Below, in pieces: positions 27,287-32,000 of a DNA stretch of 32,000 nucleotides. Position numbers and translations under genes: made by a program. Source of the DNA: Nostoc sp. PCC 7120 = FACHB-418. Its GTDB lineage: Bacteria > Cyanobacteriota > Cyanobacteriia > Cyanobacteriales > Nostocaceae. Numbering within the stretch: the first letter of the stretch is position 1; the number at the start of each line of letters is the position of its first letter. Under the pieces are notes generated by a model. That model worked only from the letters and a program-made list of their open reading frames with translations, did not search any database and had not been told where the DNA came from. Location: positions 3,780,001 through 3,812,000 of the forward strand of contig NC_003272.1 of assembly GCF_000009705.1 (NCBI RefSeq), in the 5' to 3' direction.

Positions 27287-27441
27287 GGACTTACGCACCC
27301 AGATTTTCTGTTGGGACTGGGTGTATGGGTGTAAGGCTCGCATTTCTCACAAGCTTCAGGTGTTGGATGGGGTGTAGGGGAAAGGACTTGTACAATAACT
27401 CTCCCTTACACCCTTGATTTTTCGTTTTCATGGGTGAGTCC
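27287..27441. mobile_element. MITE-like element with nested inverted repeats
   Basis: Outer arms GGACTtacgCACCC (27287-27300) / GGGTGAGTCC (27432-27441). Inner arms GGGTGTAAGG (27327-27336) / CCTTACACCC (27404-27413). Non-coding. Confidence 0.55.
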
Positions 27442-27489
27442 GATTGATTTTATAAATAGTCTCTTATTGCCTAAGTTAGCTAATGAAAC

Positions 27490-27858
27490 TTATTCAACTG
27501 CTGTCAACCCATCAGACTTTTTAGCTAATGAAGCACTAGCAAGAAAACTAGAAATAGCAAAGAGCATCCAACCCAAACATACGTGCTTTTTTGTTTGCCA
27601 ATCTTGTCTGTTATTGATGGTGGGAATTGGTTGACTATTCATCTCTAATTTCCAACAAGTTATGGCACCTATACCGAACAATACAGCACCAACGATAGAG
27701 GAAATTGTCACAGTTCTAAATATCCAGTAAGCAAAATTTTGTTCCATGCGTAAACGCCTGACAGCACGGCGATTACGAATCATACTTAGTTCATCTTTGT
27801 TCAGACTGAGTGGAGCTAGTGGATAGGTTATTTGTTGATTTCCCATCATTTTTGTCAC
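27490..27858 (-). CDS. Hypothetical membrane protein (122 aa, 2-3 TM)
   Basis: ORF with hydrophobic helices. No family recognised. Confidence 0.5.
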   Translation of the reverse strand: MTKMMGNQQITYPLAPLSLNKDELSMIRNRRAVRRLRMEQNFAYWIFRTVTISSIVGAVLFGIGAITCWKLEMNSQPIPTINNRQDWQTKKHVCLGWMLFAISSFLASASLAKKSDGLTAVE

Positions 27859-28409
27859 CTAATATCTCCTTCTACGTCATATATGATATCCGTAACTGTG
27901 GTTATATATAAACTTTCGTCGGAGATAATTTATTAAATAAATTTCAAGATAAAAAGTTTAAACAACTGCTGGTTCTGGAAGCAAATACCCAAAGATATAA
28001 GTAGGACAGCATAAAAATTTGGAGTCGGGAATAGCCAATTATGCTGAAGGAATGAGGAGGGAGGATTTTAGTTCATCTTTCTTAACTAAGATAGTTTTGT
28101 GGTTTGACGGACTACTTACTTAAGAAAGAGATTTGATTATTACAAAAATATAAGTATCTGTGGGGATACTGGAACAATAGTTTTGGTTTGTTTACGAATC
28201 TTGAAGACATGGTGTGAGAAACCAAAATCTATTTTTTTTTGCTATGGTGATCCCAAAGGAATTATTAAGCACACAGGGAAGTATAAACAGTATTGATCGT
28301 GTTTATGGTGCTGCGATGGCGTTCTGTCTGACCGCCAAAAGAAAAAAAATAAATGCAACAAAAAACTAATTCTCCATAACCAAAGCATTAATTCAGGGAG
28401 GTAATACTG

Positions 28410-30870
28410 ATGGTGACAGTATCTCAAAACACTTTGGCAAAATTTTCTCAAGAGGAATCGTTGGTTCTCTGGCTTGATAAAGTTGGCATTAAAGATATTG
28501 CCTTAGTGGGTGGTAAAAATGCCTCATTGGGGGAAATGATTCAACAACTGACACCCAAAGGCGTGAACGTACCGACAGGATTTGCTACTACTGCTTACGC
28601 TTATCGTTATTTCATCCAATCGGCTGGGTTAGAAGCCAAGTTACGGGAACTGTTTGCAGATTTAGATGTGGAGGATGTGAGAAATTTACAAGAACGGGGA
28701 CTCAAAGCCCGATCGCTCCTCATGCACACCCCATTTCCTTTAGAATTACAACAGGCGATCGCCTCTGCTTATGAAAGTTTGTGTAAGCAGTACAATCCTG
28801 ATACAGATGTCGCCGTCCGTTCCAGCGCTACCGCCGAAGACTTACCTGATGCGAGTTTTGCTGGACAACAAGAAACATATCTCAACGTAGTTGGTGCAGA
28901 AGCAGTATTAGCAGCTTGTCATAAATGCTTTGCTTCCCTATTTACAGACCGCGCCATTTCCTATCGCCATACTAAAGGATTTGATCACTTTAGCGTCGCC
29001 TTGGCTGTGGGTGTACAGAAAATGGTACGTTCTGACCTAGCCACCTCTGGGGTGATGTTCTCTATTGATACAGAAACAGGTTTTAAAGATGCAGCCTTAA
29101 TTACAGCCGCCTATGGTTTAGGCGAAAACGTTGTCCAAGGGACAGTTAATCCAGATGAATATTGTGTATTTAAGCCGACATTAAAAACAGGATTTAAACC
29201 AATTATTGATAAAAAATTGGGCAGTAAAGAATTAAGAATGGTCTATGATGAAGGCTCCCAATCTACTAAAAATGAACCAGTATCAATAGTAGAACAAAAT
29301 AAATTTGCTCTCAGTGACGCAGATATTTTACAACTAGCTCATTGGGCTTGTTTAATTGAAGACCATTATTCTCAAGCCCACGGTAGTTACACCCCAATGG
29401 ATATTGAATGGGCAAAAGATGGCATTACCAACCAACTTTTTGTAGTGCAAGCCCGTCCAGAAACGGTGCAGTCCCAGAAGAATGGGAATGTGTTGCGGAG
29501 TTATCGGTTGGGGCTGGGGACTGGGGAGAAAACGCAGAATTTATCACTCATCCCCCTAGTCACTGGACGCGCCATTGGTGAAGCGATTAGCCAAGGGAAA
29601 GCGCGGGTAATTTTAGATGCCAAACAAATAGAAGAATTTCAGGCTGGGGAGGTGCTGGTGACAGAGAGAACTGACCCTGATTGGGAACCAATTATGAAAC
29701 GTGCCAGTGCAATTATTACCAATTCTGGTGGTCGTACTTGTCATGCGGCCATTATCGCACGGGAATTGGGTGTGCCGGCGATCGTTGGTTGTGGTAAAGC
29801 CACGCAAGTATTAACAACTGGTCAAGAGGTGACGGTTTCTTGTGCGGAGGGTGAAGAAGGTAAAGTCTATCCTGGGTTATTACCTTTTCAAGTGAAAGAA
29901 GTTCTCTTAGAAAACTTACCCCGCACCCATACCCAAATCTTGATGAATGTGGGTAATCCCCAAGAAGCGTTTAGTTTATCGGCAATTCCTAATGATGGTG
30001 TTGGTTTAGCCAGGACGGAGTTTATCATTGCTAACCAAATCCAAGTCCATCCCTTGGCGTTGATTCACTACGACAATTTAGCGGATGCAGAACAAAAAGC
30101 CAAAGTTGCGGCTATCACCGCCATGTATGACGATAAACCCCAATATTTTGTAGATAAATTAGCCCAAGGTGTGGGCAGAATTGCCGCCGCCTTTTATCCC
30201 AAACCTGTGATTGTGCGAATGTCCGATTTTAAGAGTAATGAATATCGCAACCTTGCAGGGGGTTCCCAATTTGAACCAGATGAAGAAAACCCGATGCTGG
30301 GCTGGCGGGGGGGCTGCACGTTATTACGATCCAGGTTATAGAGAAGGTTTTGCTTTAGAATGCCATGCTATCAAGCGGGTGCGGGATGAAATGGGGTTAA
30401 CTAACGTTATTCCCATGATTCCTTTCTGTCGCACACCAGAGGAGGGACGTTTGGTTTTAGCAGAGATGGCGAAACATGGTTTAAAGCAAGGTGTTAACGA
30501 CTTGCAGGTTTATGTAATGTGCGAGTTACCAAGTAACGTCATCTTGGCCGAACAGTTTGCAGAGGTGTTCGACGGTTTCTCCATTGGTTCCAACGACCTG
30601 ACTCAGCTGACACTAGGATTAGATAGAGATTCAGCTTTAGTCGCTCGACTATTTGACGAACGTAGCCCAGCTGTGAAACAAATGGTGAAAATGGCGATCG
30701 CCTCTGCAAAAAAACAACGCCGCAAAATCGGCATCTGTGGGCAAGCACCAAGCGATTACCCGGAATTTGCCCAGTTTTTGGTAGAAGAAGGAATTGATTC
30801 TATTAGTCTCAATCCCGACTCTGTATTAAAAACGATGCTGGAAATAGCTAAGGTGGAACAGCAAAGCTGA
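28410..30870 (+). pseudogene. ppsA: Phosphoenolpyruvate synthase PpsA, interrupted by a +1 frameshift in a G7 run (30307-30313)
   Basis: The ATP-grasp N-domain (GGKNASLGEM), the phosphohistidine domain (GGRTCHAAIIARELG) and the PEP-utilising C-domain are split across two frames. Removing one G restores ...[23 protein letters not shown]... (819 aa). GGGAGG SD precedes the ATG at 28410. Confidence 0.9.
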
Positions 30871-30885
30871 GGTAGGAGGTAAATC

Positions 30886-30956
30886 AATTCAAAATACCCT
30901 ACGGGTTCGCGTAGCGTTCTCGAAGAGTAGGCAAGCCTACAAAATTATAGAATTGC
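30886..30956. repeat. Small dispersed repeat, copy C (inverted, carrying a ~30-nt internal insert)
   Basis: caattcaaaataccctacggg...ctacaaaatt matches the reverse complement of copies A and B. Confidence 0.7.
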
Positions 30957-30972
30957 TGACTCAGCACTCGTC

Positions 30973-31299
30973 TTACATCCTAGCCAAGGCTGACACTTTG
31001 GAAAGCTTGTCTTTAGATAACCCTTCCAGTTCGTTGACATGAAGCCAGCCGTCTTTGACTAACCCAGCAAAGACAAACAACAGAGCCGAGTATTGGTAGT
31101 CATACTTGCCCTCGATTTCATGCCTTCTAGCACTCAAGAAATCGTGTAATTGCCAAAGCTCGTCCAACTCTACAAGTGTGCTGGCTTCTTTTTGAACCTG
31201 TTTGAGCAAAGCCTCAATCTCTCGTTTGTAGGCTTGATCAAAGGCTGTTCGAGCTATCGTCTTTTCAATATCACTCCACTCGGCTTCACTCACGTACAT
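30973..31299 (-). CDS. frp: Fluorescence recovery protein (FRP)
   Basis: 108 aa. WSDIEKT..FDQAYKREIEALLKQVQ..LWQLHDFLSARRHEIEGKYDYQYS..FVFAGLVKDGW..SKVSALARM parallels Synechocystis FRP (Slr1964). It lies directly downstream of ocp. Confidence 0.85.
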   Translation of the reverse strand: MYVSEAEWSDIEKTIARTAFDQAYKREIEALLKQVQKEASTLVELDELWQLHDFLSARRHEIEGKYDYQYSALLFVFAGLVKDGWLHVNELEGLSKDKLSKVSALARM

Positions 31300-31414
31300 G
31301 ACTCAATCTTAAACTTGTATTAATTAATTGCGTTTGCTCAGAATAATTGAGCGCCCTTCGTTAAGAGAGCGCTCACCGCGATAATCAGCTATTTAGTTGT
31401 TTTGTTATTTTCCT

Positions 31415-32000
31415 TTAGCGAACCAAGTTCAAAAGTTCTTTGGGAGAGGCTAACAAGTCAATAGCTACGAAGAAGATTTTACCTTGGGGGTTGAGCAAGA
31501 AGCGCCAAGCCATGTTCATCCCTACTGCTGCACCAAACCAAGGGGTCTGAACTTTACCTGTCACTTTCACCTGAGTATAGCCATCGTCTGCGGGTTCAGC
31601 CACACCGCGCTCTGGAAGCAAGTTGAGGTTCTGGCATTCTTCACGGAAGAACCGCAGAATTGCATCCTTACCAACGATTGGTCTTTGGAAGGGAGGCTGC
31701 AAAGCTCCATCCTCCACGAACAACTTGATCAGTTCATCAAAGTCATTGGCGTTCAAGTTGTTCATGTAATTCAACACAGTGGAATTATTAATTCCCTCAA
31801 TGGTGACTTGAACACGCTGGGAAATATCTTTAGGTGCAACTAATGGTTCAGCAACTCTTGTGTAGCCGTCTAGTTTAGCTGCATCAAATCCCATATCTAC
31901 AACGGAACTGCGGAGGACGGTAATCTGTTGTCCTTGATCCAGACTTTTCAGGGTTTCCAATACTGCATTAGCATTGGCTGAAAGCTGATAGCCAGCAGGA
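31415..32000 (-). CDS. ocp: Orange carotenoid protein (OCP), C-terminal NTF2-like domain and linker; 5' end outside the window
   Basis: NSTVLNYMNNLNANDFDELIKLFVEDGALQPPFQRPIVGKDAILRFFREEC...WFGAAVGMNMAWRFLLNPQGKIFFVAIDLLASPKELL. The frame stays open beyond position 32000. Confidence 0.9.
   Translation of the reverse strand, partial: PAGYQLSANANAVLETLKSLDQGQQITVLRSSVVDMGFDAAKLDGYTRVAEPLVAPKDISQRVQVTIEGINNSTVLNYMNNLNANDFDELIKLFVEDGALQPPFQRPIVGKDAILRFFREECQNLNLLPERGVAEPADDGYTQVKVTGKVQTPWFGAAVGMNMAWRFLLNPQGKIFFVAIDLLASPKELLNLVR

Noticed and set aside
30211-30870. A separate 219-aa gene downstream of a 643-aa ppsA.
   Set aside because: Its first ~33 codons are out-of-frame ppsA sequence. From [11 protein letters not shown] onward it is the PpsA C-terminal domain, so this is one frameshifted gene, not two.
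814-31843. About 30 short ORFs in the track that lie nested in, overlapping, or antisense to longer family-recognisable genes. Examples: 814-1017, 1416-1622, 3116-3313, 5732-5938, 7471-7677, 8484-8690, 8841-9092, 10195-10389, 10451-10705, 11452-11706, 13279-13467, 13607-13792, 14620-14877, 14651-14839, 16773-17105, 17175-17375, 18987-19199, 20391-20576, 21733-21921, 22204-22506, 23347-23702, 24100-24378, 24898-25134, 27434-27634, 28242-28451, 29613-29807, 30539-30751 and 31484-31843.
   Set aside because: Each is shadowed by a longer ORF with clear protein-family motifs. None has recognisable motifs or a start context of its own. They are the expected by-product of six-frame translation.
1-32000. 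Search by eye for tRNA T-arm/acceptor patterns (GGTTCGAATCC-like), rRNA, tmRNA, RNase P RNA and riboswitch-like leaders.
   Set aside because: I recognised none. A covariance-model scan (tRNAscan-SE, Infernal/Rfam) would be needed to exclude small structured RNAs in the long spacers at 17384-18065, 18354-18690, 26781-27489 and 27859-28409.

Overview
This window looks like chromosomal DNA from a filamentous Nostoc/Anabaena-type cyanobacterium. Supporting signs are frequent GCGATCGC (HIP1) palindromes, tandem heptamer (STRR-like) arrays in the spacers, and the genes xisI, ycf34, ccdA-ccs1 and OCP-FRP. Most of the window is housekeeping: a hybrid histidine kinase, system II cytochrome c biogenesis, heme oxygenase plus HemN, the CCA-adding enzyme, Ycf34, TsaB, SurE, an RND efflux pair, PEP synthase, and the FRP/OCP photoprotection pair. 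Two stretches look accessory. (1) About 6.9-12.5 kb is a decayed mosaic. It holds a membrane protein with a Gly/Cys-rich tail, a vapBC pair whose toxin is frameshifted, a GNAT, a 30-codon response-regulator stub, an IS630-type transposase remnant and the last ~120 codons of a CzcA/CusA-type RND gene. Embedded in this mosaic is an intact, translationally coupled pair: an ABC/AAA_21-like ATPase and a DUF4276-like (TOPRIM-like) protein. This pair has the architecture of a split OLD/PARIS/AbiL-type nuclease and is my best candidate for an uncharacterised conflict or defence system. (2) About 18-21.5 kb holds a lipase-like alpha/beta hydrolase with an unknown C-terminal domain, convergent with a classical-clade AAA+ ATPase that has an unknown N-terminal domain. 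Other points: ppsA is broken by a +1 frameshift in a G7 run, xisI is an orphan next to a decayed xisH, there is an unannotated 34-codon membrane ORF with a strong terminator, two strong palindromic candidate operators occur, and several dispersed or MITE-like repeats are present. I found no tRNA, rRNA or CRISPR array. All family assignments come from motif recognition by eye, not from database searches.
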